The notes beneath the pieces are model-generated. The model saw nothing but the letters and a program-made list of their open reading frames with translations, was not told the origin of the DNA and made no database searches. A stretch of DNA of 64,000 bases from an uncultured Gammaproteobacteria bacterium. Its GTDB lineage: Bacteria > Patescibacteriota > Microgenomatia > Levybacterales > UBA12049. The DNA lies in the NCBI GenBank assembly GCA_964521295.1, contig CAZFRF010000001.1:270146-334145 (forward strand), in the 5' to 3' direction. This document shows, piece by piece, positions 13,303 through 22,099 of the stretch. The position numbers and the translations under genes were made by a program. How positions within the stretch are numbered: the first letter of the stretch is position 1; each line of letters opens with the position of its first letter.

Positions 13303-14067
13303 TTAAGAAGTAGATTTTTTTTGCCATAACTGCCAAAGCTTTGCTCTAACTAAAAATGAATGAAGGCTCATCATCAAAGCAAGAATCAATCCTTCAATTT
13401 TGTCTAAGCATCCTAATTTAAGAAAATAATTTACTAGGAATTTACCCAATGGGTACATTATGATGTCACTGGCTTTAACCTTAATTTTATTACTGTATAA
13501 TTCATTTGCTCTAATTGTTGAATAAAAATTAATTTCACTTAAAAATTCGTTAATTGAAGAATGTGGAAAGTGATTTAAAACTCCTTCCAAATCTCCTATT
13601 TTCCCATCAATTATTAACCTCTCATGTACTTTTCCAACCCAAGCACCACTTCCCTTTTTAATAAGCCGTGCTAAAAAAACTTTTCCTACCTCTCCGTGCA
13701 AAAATTTCTTATTCCACATATAATCAATGCGCCTAATCATATATCCAGCGTATTTTCCTTCGTTATTTATGATTATTGAGTTAATTTCTTCCCTTAATTC
13801 CTTTGATAGCCTTTCATCGGCGTCAACAAATAGTATCCACTTTTTAGTAGCCTTAGATAAACCAAAATTTTTTTGTTTTGCGAAGTCAAAATCCAAATGA
13901 TTTTGATAAATTTTAATTTTCTGAGTATTAAAATTGTTAATTATCTCGAGCGTTCTGTCAGTTGAATAATCATCAATAATAATAATTTCATCGGCCCAAA
14001 TTACACTCTCTAGGCAATCGACTATATTTTTCTCTTCATTTTTAGTTAAAATTATTATGCTTAACAT
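13303..14067 (-). CDS. Glycosyltransferase family 2
   Basis: LSIIILTKNEE...IIIIDDYSTDRT...FVDADE are the classic GT2 DXD and nucleotide-binding motifs. 254 aa, soluble. Confidence 0.75.
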   Translation of the reverse strand: MLSIIILTKNEEKNIVDCLESVIWADEIIIIDDYSTDRTLEIINNFNTQKIKIYQNHLDFDFAKQKNFGLSKATKKWILFVDADERLSKELREEINSIIINNEGKYAGYMIRRIDYMWNKKFLHGEVGKVFLARLIKKGSGAWVGKVHERLIIDGKIGDLEGVLNHFPHSSINEFLSEINFYSTIRANELYSNKIKVKASDIIMYPLGKFLVNYFLKLGCLDKIEGLILALMMSLHSFLVRAKLWQLWQKKSTS

Positions 14068-16255
14068 TTCTATCCCCTTTTATAATTTTAGTTCCAGATG
14101 GCGTTTCATACAAGATATATATCAAATTACTTTTTTGATCGATATTTCCTCCATAAAACCAAATTAAATATTTATAATAATCCAGAAAACTTATAAATTG
14201 ACTACCATCACCTTTTCCAACCAAACGCGCTCCTCTTCCATTAGAATCTTTAACGATGTATTTAGCGGCTTCATTTTTTGAAAAATATTTAACTTTATCT
14301 TCATAAGCTTGATAATATCCAGATGTATTAAGATAAATTAAATTAGTAAGAAGAGATGTGGCAATCAATGCTATAAAAATGATATTTAAAATCTTGCTTT
14401 TAAATATACTACCTAAAAAGGCAGAAACTAAAAGAATTAAGGGAATTATTAGAGAGTAAAGATAAGCATCAGACAAAGTTTTATTTATAAAAATACCCAA
14501 AACTAGAAAAAAACAAATTAAAATAATAATTACAAAACTGCCAGATTTTTTAATAAAAACTCTATAAAACCCATAAACGCTACTAATCAAAAATAAACTT
14601 AACGATATTAAACTAAATTGAATATAAAATAAGCGATTAATAAACTCACTGAAATAACTAACAATTGGACCCAAAGCAAATTCTGAATTAGAATTTAAGA
14701 AAATAGATGACGCTTTATATATTATCCATCCAGCAAAAACAAATGTTTGAGGAAATCCATTTTTTAAATCAAATATTAAAATCGGTATTAACGGGATAAT
14801 TACTGAAACAAGGGACAATATTACTATCTTGTGATTCTTTAGAGATGTAACCCAATTCTTTTTTTTTATTAAACCATAAACAAAAAATAATAATGTAATA
14901 AAAATAAAGATTACAGTTTGTAATTCGAAATTATATAAAAGCGCAAGAAGTAATAAAAGTAAAGGAAAATACATAAAATTACCCTTGGTCCATTTATATA
15001 AAGAGTAAATTGTTAAAATTGTTAGAAAAGGAATTAAGCTTGTATGATATGACATCCTAGATGCCATAATTACATATGGGGAAAATGCATAAAATACTGA
15101 AGCTACCAAACCAGTAGTATTGTTAAATATTCTGGAGGATAATTTATAAACTAAACTTAAAGTTATTAAATCAAGAAACACCGTAAAAAACACAGGGGAT
15201 AAGGGATTAAAATTAAAAACTTTGAAAATTGCTGCTAAAACATATGTCCATAATGCTCCTTGATGTAACCATAAGTGACTTGACGTTATTCCAACTAATG
15301 GTAATTCATTTAGTAGCAGCATATCTCTTGCTGACAAATAAAACCAACCCTGGTCACCAATTCCCAGATTGATTACTGAAGATAAATGGAATATTCGCAT
15401 AGAAGCTGCAAAAACAAAAATTAAGAGAAATATCAAATTATTGATATTTATACTTAAAAATAGATTTAATACTAAAGATTTAAATAACCCAAATTTTTTT
15501 TGAAAATAGTAATTCCTACTTTCTATAAAAATCTCATTTTTATTTTCTAATAACTTTGTCGAGGTTCCCCATTTATGCACTAACTTTAACCTAGAATCAA
15601 TAAATATTTCATAACCCAATGCTCTTACTCTATCGCACAAATCAAACTCTTCGAAATATAAAAAGAATTTTTCATCAAATCCTCCAACTTCAATAAAGAC
15701 TCTTGTTCTAATAACAAACGCCGTGCCAGGAACATTATCTACCCTTGTCGGCTTATTAACATTCCATTTCTTTGTCCAATACTTCTTAGATATAAAATTA
15801 TTAGGGAATATCTTGTCTAAAAAAGAAAATTTTACTACTGCATCAAAAAAATTAACATTCTTGGCTCCTTGGCTCATAATCGATTTGTTGGAATTTAATA
15901 AAAGTGGAGCTACAATCCCTATGTTTGTTTTTTTACTAAATTCTTTGTAAATTGTGGATAAAATATTTTGCGTAAAAACTACATCCGGATTAAGAATAAA
16001 TAAAAATTCTCCTTTGGCATGCTTTGCGCCATAATTAACTCCTGATCCATAACCCAAATTTCTACCAGAATTAAAGTAAATTAGATTTTTATATTTAGTT
16101 AATTTACTTTTTACCGAAGTGTCTTCACTGTTATCTACGATAATTACTTCAAATAGATTTTCTGGATTGAATTCGTACAAGCTGTCTAACGTAATTATTA
16201 AGTCTTGTTCATTTTTATAATAAACAATTATTATCGAATATTTAAAATTTTTCAT
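14042..16255 (-). CDS. Fusion protein: N-terminal GT2 glycosyltransferase plus C-terminal polytopic GT-C-like membrane domain
   Basis: Residues 1 to about 250 show GT2 motifs (IIIVYYKNEQDL, VDNSEDT, GYGSGVNYG, LNPDV, FDE). Residues from about 270 form more than 12 TM helices with a C-terminal soluble tail. 737 aa. Confidence 0.7.
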   Translation of the reverse strand: MKNFKYSIIIVYYKNEQDLIITLDSLYEFNPENLFEVIIVDNSEDTSVKSKLTKYKNLIYFNSGRNLGYGSGVNYGAKHAKGEFLFILNPDVVFTQNILSTIYKEFSKKTNIGIVAPLLLNSNKSIMSQGAKNVNFFDAVVKFSFLDKIFPNNFISKKYWTKKWNVNKPTRVDNVPGTAFVIRTRVFIEVGGFDEKFFLYFEEFDLCDRVRALGYEIFIDSRLKLVHKWGTSTKLLENKNEIFIESRNYYFQKKFGLFKSLVLNLFLSININNLIFLLIFVFAASMRIFHLSSVINLGIGDQGWFYLSARDMLLLNELPLVGITSSHLWLHQGALWTYVLAAIFKVFNFNPLSPVFFTVFLDLITLSLVYKLSSRIFNNTTGLVASVFYAFSPYVIMASRMSYHTSLIPFLTILTIYSLYKWTKGNFMYFPLLLLLLALLYNFELQTVIFIFITLLFFVYGLIKKKNWVTSLKNHKIVILSLVSVIIPLIPILIFDLKNGFPQTFVFAGWIIYKASSIFLNSNSEFALGPIVSYFSEFINRLFYIQFSLISLSLFLISSVYGFYRVFIKKSGSFVIIILICFFLVLGIFINKTLSDAYLYSLIIPLILLVSAFLGSIFKSKILNIIFIALIATSLLTNLIYLNTSGYYQAYEDKVKYFSKNEAAKYIVKDSNGRGARLVGKGDGSQFISFLDYYKYLIWFYGGNIDQKSNLIYILYETPSGTKIIKGDRNVKHNNFN

Positions 16256-17805
16256 TTTGCTTTATATACATAAACTAGCACTGCATTACTTACTTTTACT
16301 TCATAAACGAGATTATATTTTTTCCTTATTTTTTCGTCGTTAAAACCATCTCTAATTATATGATAATGATTAACAACCACATAATCGTATTCTGACTCAT
16401 CATTATATCTTGAATAATTAAAAATGGGATTTTTGGGAAATGTAATTTCCGGTGAAATAGCTAATCCAATTCTCGAATTATCAATGGCATTTTTATTCAA
16501 ATATATCCCGGCTTCTCTTTGCCCTTGGCCCCACCAGCCAATCTGGAATAGGTTGTATTTATATACATTATCTACTCCCCCAATTAATTCATTATAATAG
16601 TCTAAATAATAAGGGGAAACATATACTAAGCTAAGTAATAGATATATTCCAAAGAAAATTAAAATAATTATTTTCTGAAGATACCTTAGTCTTTCTAAGA
16701 CAAAATTCAACCCAACTGCTGAAATAATTGCAATTGCTGGATATATTTCAATAATATATCTAAGCCCATGCTGTCTCCATGAATAGAAAGAAAGCAGGAA
16801 AGGCACTATAAACCATAAAACAATTAGCCACTTTTGATAATTAATACTCTTTAAAACCTTAATCAAGCCTAGGAAAAACAAAACAATTATCACAACTGGT
16901 ATCGAGATAAAAAAATATACTAAATAATAAAAAATAGGCGTTATCCTTAAACTACCCATAAATACTTCTGGCGGTGACAGGGTAAAAATTAATGGGTTAG
17001 GTGAAAATTTAACCGACCAAAGCTTGTCATTTATCTCCATAATTTCTGAAAAATGAAGAACTGCCTGTGGCCAAACTGCAATAAAAACAAAACAAGAAAT
17101 AATAAAAACTTGAATAAAAATTTTAAAATATTTTTTAATATGCTCTTTTTTTTCTTTTTTTATAAAACTTTTACACTTAAACCACATTGCAAAACCAAGA
17201 ATTATAAAAAGAAGCAGATCACTCTGCTTTGCTTGCAATGCAAAACCTGTTAACACTCCTGCTAACAATATTCTTTTCTTAGTAGTTTCCTCTAATAACA
17301 ATAAATAAGAATATATTGCAATTGGATATATAAAAAGTTTTAAGCTTTCTGCAGTCACCAATTGAGACAATCCAACCGTAAAAGGCAACATTAAGTAAAT
17401 AAAACCACTTATTATACCTATATTAAAATTGAATATCTTACCTGAGATTAAAATTACAAATAATAATCCAATTGAAAACAAAACTGCTGATAAAATACGT
17501 GAAAACGTATAATCATAATTAAAAATTGCATTATTCTTAACAGTGGCTTCCTTGTCAAACACGGCACTTACTCCATAGATATATTTAACTAAAGGCGGAT
17601 GATCATATGATGTATAAAAATATTCATTATTAAAATCTCCCTTTTCAAAAATTTTAATAAATTTATATCCTTGCTCTATATATACGCTTTCATCCCAAGT
17701 CCTTCCAATTTCATTTAAGGTTGACAACCTTACTACTAACGAAAAGACAAAGAATAAGAATAAAATGAATACTTTTTTATAGATAATATTAATTTGCAAA
17801 TTCAT
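16252..17805 (-). CDS. GT-C fold membrane glycosyltransferase (GT39/GT83, ArnT/PMT-like)
   Basis: N-terminal TM followed by a periplasmic-loop DE motif (TWDESVY) and YDHPPL, both typical of the PMT/ArnT family. More than 12 TM helices. 517 aa. Confidence 0.6.
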   Translation of the reverse strand: MNLQINIIYKKVFILFLFFVFSLVVRLSTLNEIGRTWDESVYIEQGYKFIKIFEKGDFNNEYFYTSYDHPPLVKYIYGVSAVFDKEATVKNNAIFNYDYTFSRILSAVLFSIGLLFVILISGKIFNFNIGIISGFIYLMLPFTVGLSQLVTAESLKLFIYPIAIYSYLLLLEETTKKRILLAGVLTGFALQAKQSDLLLFIILGFAMWFKCKSFIKKEKKEHIKKYFKIFIQVFIISCFVFIAVWPQAVLHFSEIMEINDKLWSVKFSPNPLIFTLSPPEVFMGSLRITPIFYYLVYFFISIPVVIIVLFFLGLIKVLKSINYQKWLIVLWFIVPFLLSFYSWRQHGLRYIIEIYPAIAIISAVGLNFVLERLRYLQKIIILIFFGIYLLLSLVYVSPYYLDYYNELIGGVDNVYKYNLFQIGWWGQGQREAGIYLNKNAIDNSRIGLAISPEITFPKNPIFNYSRYNDESEYDYVVVNHYHIIRDGFNDEKIRKKYNLVYEVKVSNAVLVYVYKAK

Positions 17806-18904
17806 TTTTTATAAAACTAGTTTTACTTATTAATAATTTTTCTAACTCTTTTCCTTTGATTTTCCAATCCCATCTTTCAACCATTTCTTTTCTAGCATTC
17901 ATTCCCATTTTTTTTATTATATTTTCATTTCTTAATAGTCCGTCAATTTTTTGTGCAAATATTTTTGCATTCCGATTTAATAAATATCCTGTTTTAGAAT
18001 CAACTATTGTTTCTTGATGTCCCGCTTCATCAACTGCAATTACTGGCACACCACAAGACATTGCCTCCAGAGGAACCATACCCATTGGCTCCTTATAAGA
18101 TACAGAGATTAATATTTTAGATTTTCTATATACATTTATTAATTCATAATCCGATAACCACTCGTTTTCGAAAACAACGGCTCTAATCTTGGGGCTTAAT
18201 TCCATATTTTCAATGGTTTTCCTAAAAAAAGGATAACCATCTAGCTTATCAAAAGAACCAATAAATAATAAATCGAATTCTTTTTTTATTTTTTTTGGAA
18301 AGAATTGTTTTACATTAACTCCACAATGAACAACATCTCCATCGACCCCGTAAATTTTTTTAAATTGCCTTCGGGTATAATTTGAATTAAAAATAATATG
18401 GCAGGCGGATTTAATATTAAAAATATCAAGTTTTTTTCTTATATATCTATTTAAATTTTCGTAATACGTTCTAAATATGTCAACATTTACTGGTTTAAAT
18501 AGTTCTGGCTCATAAATGATTCTGTAATATGGATCATGGCAATAAAAAAACGAGGGTACTTTAAGATATTTTAAAATAAAAGGAGATTCAATAAATTGTG
18601 AGGCACAAACAAACACTAAATCATATTTTATACCAATATCTTTTCCTATTTTCCTATTTAAATTATTTAATTTTATAAGTTCAACTGTATCTTTATATAA
18701 TCTTACAAAAGGATTATTCCCTGTCCATTTTTTGACATGAAAAGAATATGAATAAATACGTGAATAAAAAGATTCTTCATTTTTTATAAAATCTATTGTG
18801 TATAAATCTACAGTATGACCAAGAATTTTAAGTTGCCTTGCGAACTCATTCGTAGACCTTCTTGCTCCTCCTTTATGTAATTCATGATAAACAGCTATTT
18901 TCAT
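17789..18904 (-). CDS. Glycosyltransferase family 4 (GT-B fold)
   Basis: The C-terminal EPMGMVPLEAMSCGVPVIA..D.GHQE motif (E-x7-E) is characteristic of GT4. Confidence 0.8.
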   Translation of the reverse strand: MKIAVYHELHKGGARRSTNEFARQLKILGHTVDLYTIDFIKNEESFYSRIYSYSFHVKKWTGNNPFVRLYKDTVELIKLNNLNRKIGKDIGIKYDLVFVCASQFIESPFILKYLKVPSFFYCHDPYYRIIYEPELFKPVNVDIFRTYYENLNRYIRKKLDIFNIKSACHIIFNSNYTRRQFKKIYGVDGDVVHCGVNVKQFFPKKIKKEFDLLFIGSFDKLDGYPFFRKTIENMELSPKIRAVVFENEWLSDYELINVYRKSKILISVSYKEPMGMVPLEAMSCGVPVIAVDEAGHQETIVDSKTGYLLNRNAKIFAQKIDGLLRNENIIKKMGMNARKEMVERWDWKIKGKELEKLLISKTSFIKNEFAN

Positions 18905-20124
18905 TTATTATTAAAAATTTTCCTTAAGAAATATAAGGAAACTGGAATAGGCACGATAACACCTAAGAGGGCAGCGAATGCAACGCCAAGTAATCCAAAA
19001 TAGGTTATTAAAGGGAAAATACATATTACTAAAACAATCAGGTTAATTAACGTAATTATTGATGAATAAATTTGCTTATTTACCGACAAAAACACAATTG
19101 CAGGAAAACCAAAGATTGAATGAACTACGCCCAATACGACTAAGATTTTTAAAATATTTACCATTGGTAACCATTGTTTTCCTAAAAAAAACTCAATCAA
19201 ACCATTAGCAAAGAAAAAAACAACAAAGCCAAATGGAACCGTTATCAATATCAATAATAATTCCGTTTTCAAAAAAGCTTTTCTTAACCTTTCTAAATCA
19301 TCAGAAAACTTTGAATATACCGGAAAAGTTACCCTTGAGATAACATCCGCAACATCTGTAATAGGTAACATTGCAATATTGTAAGACATCTCATACAAGC
19401 CAAGATTGTAAGTTCCTAGAAATTTACCAACAATAATATTGTCTAAATTATGAAACAAATAATTAAAAATTCCGCTTAACGTAACCCACTTACCTTGGTT
19501 GATTATTCTATAAATGTATAAACGTTTAAATTTTATCTGAGGCCTTGGTTTTATCAATAAAAAAGAAAGAATTACTTGAAAAATTACACCAGTTAACATG
19601 CCTATAACCAGACCAGAAATATTCTTAATTATTAAAACCAAAAATATTGTTGCCAACATGTCTATGAATGCTATTGACATTCTATAAATAAAATCTTTAT
19701 CAAAATTAATTTCTTTTTGAAATTTAATCTCTGCAGGATTAATAAACCCTCTTATTAAAGGTACAAAACTAAATAGAATTAAAATATTTTTTATATGCGG
19801 GGCCTTAAAAAAATCAGCAATAAACCCCGAAAATATTATAAATACAAAGAAAATTATAAAACCTCTAGCAATTGATACAATCCATGCAGAATTAATATAT
19901 TTACTCAAATTTTCCTTTTTTTGTATTAAAAAAACATTTACTCCTGTTTCTGTTAATGTTTCTAATAAGGCTAATATTAATAATGAAATACCAAAATCAC
20001 CAAATTCTCGTGGGGTTAAAATTCTAGCTAATATTAAAATTTTTAATAATGAAATACCTCTTATAAATATACTTTGGGCCCATGCCCACGAAAGACCATG
20101 AATAGTTCTAGAAGAATAACCCAT
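18901..20124 (-). CDS. Polysaccharide biosynthesis protein, Wzx-like flippase (MOP superfamily)
   Basis: 407 aa, about 12 TM helices. N-terminal GLSWAWAQSIFIRGISLLKILILARILTPREFG is typical of the Wzx/polysaccharide_synt N-terminus. Confidence 0.6.
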   Translation of the reverse strand: MGYSSRTIHGLSWAWAQSIFIRGISLLKILILARILTPREFGDFGISLLILALLETLTETGVNVFLIQKKENLSKYINSAWIVSIARGFIIFFVFIIFSGFIADFFKAPHIKNILILFSFVPLIRGFINPAEIKFQKEINFDKDFIYRMSIAFIDMLATIFLVLIIKNISGLVIGMLTGVIFQVILSFLLIKPRPQIKFKRLYIYRIINQGKWVTLSGIFNYLFHNLDNIIVGKFLGTYNLGLYEMSYNIAMLPITDVADVISRVTFPVYSKFSDDLERLRKAFLKTELLLILITVPFGFVVFFFANGLIEFFLGKQWLPMVNILKILVVLGVVHSIFGFPAIVFLSVNKQIYSSIITLINLIVLVICIFPLITYFGLLGVAFAALLGVIVPIPVSLYFLRKIFNNK

Positions 20125-20151
20125 ATTGGTGATTGAAATTATAACATTTTC

Positions 20152-21396
20152 ATGTTTATAATAATATGCTGCCCCATAAAAATGAAAATTAACCAGTGTA
20201 GATCTTGTGGATCAAAGAATTTATTAAAAATAGTATCTTTAGGTAAACAGTATTTGTCTGACTTTACTAAGACGAATAAGAAACCTAAATCCTTCCCCTT
20301 GACAATGATGGTATGTAAAAAATGTTTTCTAGTCCAATTAGACTACAATACTCCACAAAAATATTTATATACTCCTAGATATGGGTACAAATCAGGCATA
20401 AACCAAACAATGCACGATGAATTAAGAGGCATTGCTCAAGAAGCGTTTAAAAAAATCAAAAAAACAAAGGAAAAAATTGTAGTAATCGATATTGGCGCTA
20501 ACGATGGCACTCTACTAAGCTACTACCCAAAAAATCTACATAGAATTGCTGTTGAACCAATAAAAAAACTTGCAGAAATATCAAAGAAGCATGCTAATGA
20601 GGTTGTAAATAATTTCTTTAGTTATGAATCCTACAAAAGAAAGACAAAAAATTTACATGCAGATGTTATTTCTGCAATATCTTGCTTCTATGATATGGAA
20701 GATCCAAACAAATTTGTTGCTGATGTAAAGAAAATAATGAAAGAAGATGGAATTTTTATAATTCAACAAAATTATTTAGTTAGTATGTTAAAAATAAATG
20801 CATTCGACAATATCGTCCATGAACATTTAGAATATTACTCCTTACTATCCTTAAATAATCTTTTAGAAAAACATGGCATGGAAGTATTTGATGTTGAAAC
20901 AAGAACTTTAAACGGCGGAAGCTTCAGAACATATATTGCGCTAAAAGGGAAGAGAAAAATATCTAAAAGTGTTTTAGAGATGCAGAAGACGGAAAAAAGG
21001 CTAAAATTAAATAATAAGAAAATTTACCTCGATTTCGCTAAAAGAATCGCAAAAGAAAAAGAAAAAATTACAGAGTTTATTAAAAAAGAAGTTAAAAAAG
21101 GAAAAAGAGTTTATTTATATGGAGCTTCAACTCGAGGCAATACAATGCTTCAGTACTTTGGTCTTGACCATAAGCTTATTCAATTTGCAGTCGAAAGAAA
21201 TCCAGAAAAATTCGGAAAAATAATATCCTCAGTTGGGATACCAATTATTTCTGAGGAACAGGCCAGGAAAGATAAGCCAGAGTATATGTTAGTATTACCA
21301 TGGTTTTTCAAAGAAGAATTTCTAAAGAGAGAAAAAGATTATCTAAAAAAAGGCGGTCATTTTATCTTCCCCTTGCCTAAATTGGAAATTATCTAG
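20152..21396 (+). CDS. Sugar C-methyltransferase: N-terminal Zn-ribbon plus class I SAM methyltransferase plus C-methyltransferase C-terminal domain
   Basis: CRSCGS...CKKC zinc ribbon, SAM-binding VIDIGANDGTLL, and an NDP-hexose C-methyltransferase-like tail (TylCIII-like architecture). The true start is probably the ATG at about 20182 (MKINQCRSCG). Confidence 0.65.
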   Translation: MFIIICCPIKMKINQCRSCGSKNLLKIVSLGKQYLSDFTKTNKKPKSFPLTMMVCKKCFLVQLDYNTPQKYLYTPRYGYKSGINQTMHDELRGIAQEAFKKIKKTKEKIVVIDIGANDGTLLSYYPKNLHRIAVEPIKKLAEISKKHANEVVNNFFSYESYKRKTKNLHADVISAISCFYDMEDPNKFVADVKKIMKEDGIFIIQQNYLVSMLKINAFDNIVHEHLEYYSLLSLNNLLEKHGMEVFDVETRTLNGGSFRTYIALKGKRKISKSVLEMQKTEKRLKLNNKKIYLDFAKRIAKEKEKITEFIKKEVKKGKRVYLYGASTRGNTMLQYFGLDHKLIQFAVERNPEKFGKIISSVGIPIISEEQARKDKPEYMLVLPWFFKEEFLKREKDYLKKGGHFIFPLPKLEII

Positions 21397-22099
21397 TTAA
21401 TCTTAATTTAATAACATAAAACAAAGAAACTAATAGCTCTTGAATGTTAACATTTGATTTTCCATAAATTCTATAATTCCAAGTAATTGGTACCTCGCCG
21501 ATTAGGAATTTTTGTTTATTAATTTTATATAAAACTTCCGATAAAGTAATAAAGCCCTTTGATTCAATTCTTGTTTTTAACAAATAATCAATACTTTTTC
21601 TTGAATACAACCTAAAACCACTTGTAAAATCAGATACTTTAACATTTAACCAAAATTTTAAATAAAAATTTATAACTCTACTTAATATTGTTCTATTTTT
21701 TGTAATATTTTTAATTCTACTTCCTTTCAAGTATCTCGATCCAATAACCAAATCATATTGATTAGTTTTAATTTTATTTATAAATCTTTTAATTTCTGCT
21801 GCATCATGAGCTAAATCAGAATCCATCTCTAGGAAATAATGTATGTTTTTTAATTTATAAGCTTCCCTGAAGCCCAACATTACTGCACTTCCTCTTCCAG
21901 ACTTTTTCATACGTGAAATAAGCTTAACATTTGTATACAAACGCATGGCTTTTTTAATTTTTTCATTCTCTTCGGGCCTAGAATCATCTATTATAAAAAT
22001 CTTAAAAGAGGGATATGAATTCTTAATTTTTTTTACCAAAATTTTAAGGTTTTCGGATTCATTGTAGGATGGAATAATAACAGCAAAATTATTTTTCAT
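21389..22099 (-). CDS. GT2 glycosyltransferase, polyprenyl-phosphate sugar synthase (DPM1/GtrB-like)
   Basis: AVIIPSYNESENL, IIDDSRPE, MDSDLAH and the size (236 aa) match dolichyl/undecaprenyl-phosphate mannose or glucose synthases. Confidence 0.7.
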   Translation of the reverse strand: MKNNFAVIIPSYNESENLKILVKKIKNSYPSFKIFIIDDSRPEENEKIKKAMRLYTNVKLISRMKKSGRGSAVMLGFREAYKLKNIHYFLEMDSDLAHDAAEIKRFINKIKTNQYDLVIGSRYLKGSRIKNITKNRTILSRVINFYLKFWLNVKVSDFTSGFRLYSRKSIDYLLKTRIESKGFITLSEVLYKINKQKFLIGEVPITWNYRIYGKSNVNIQELLVSLFYVIKLRLTR

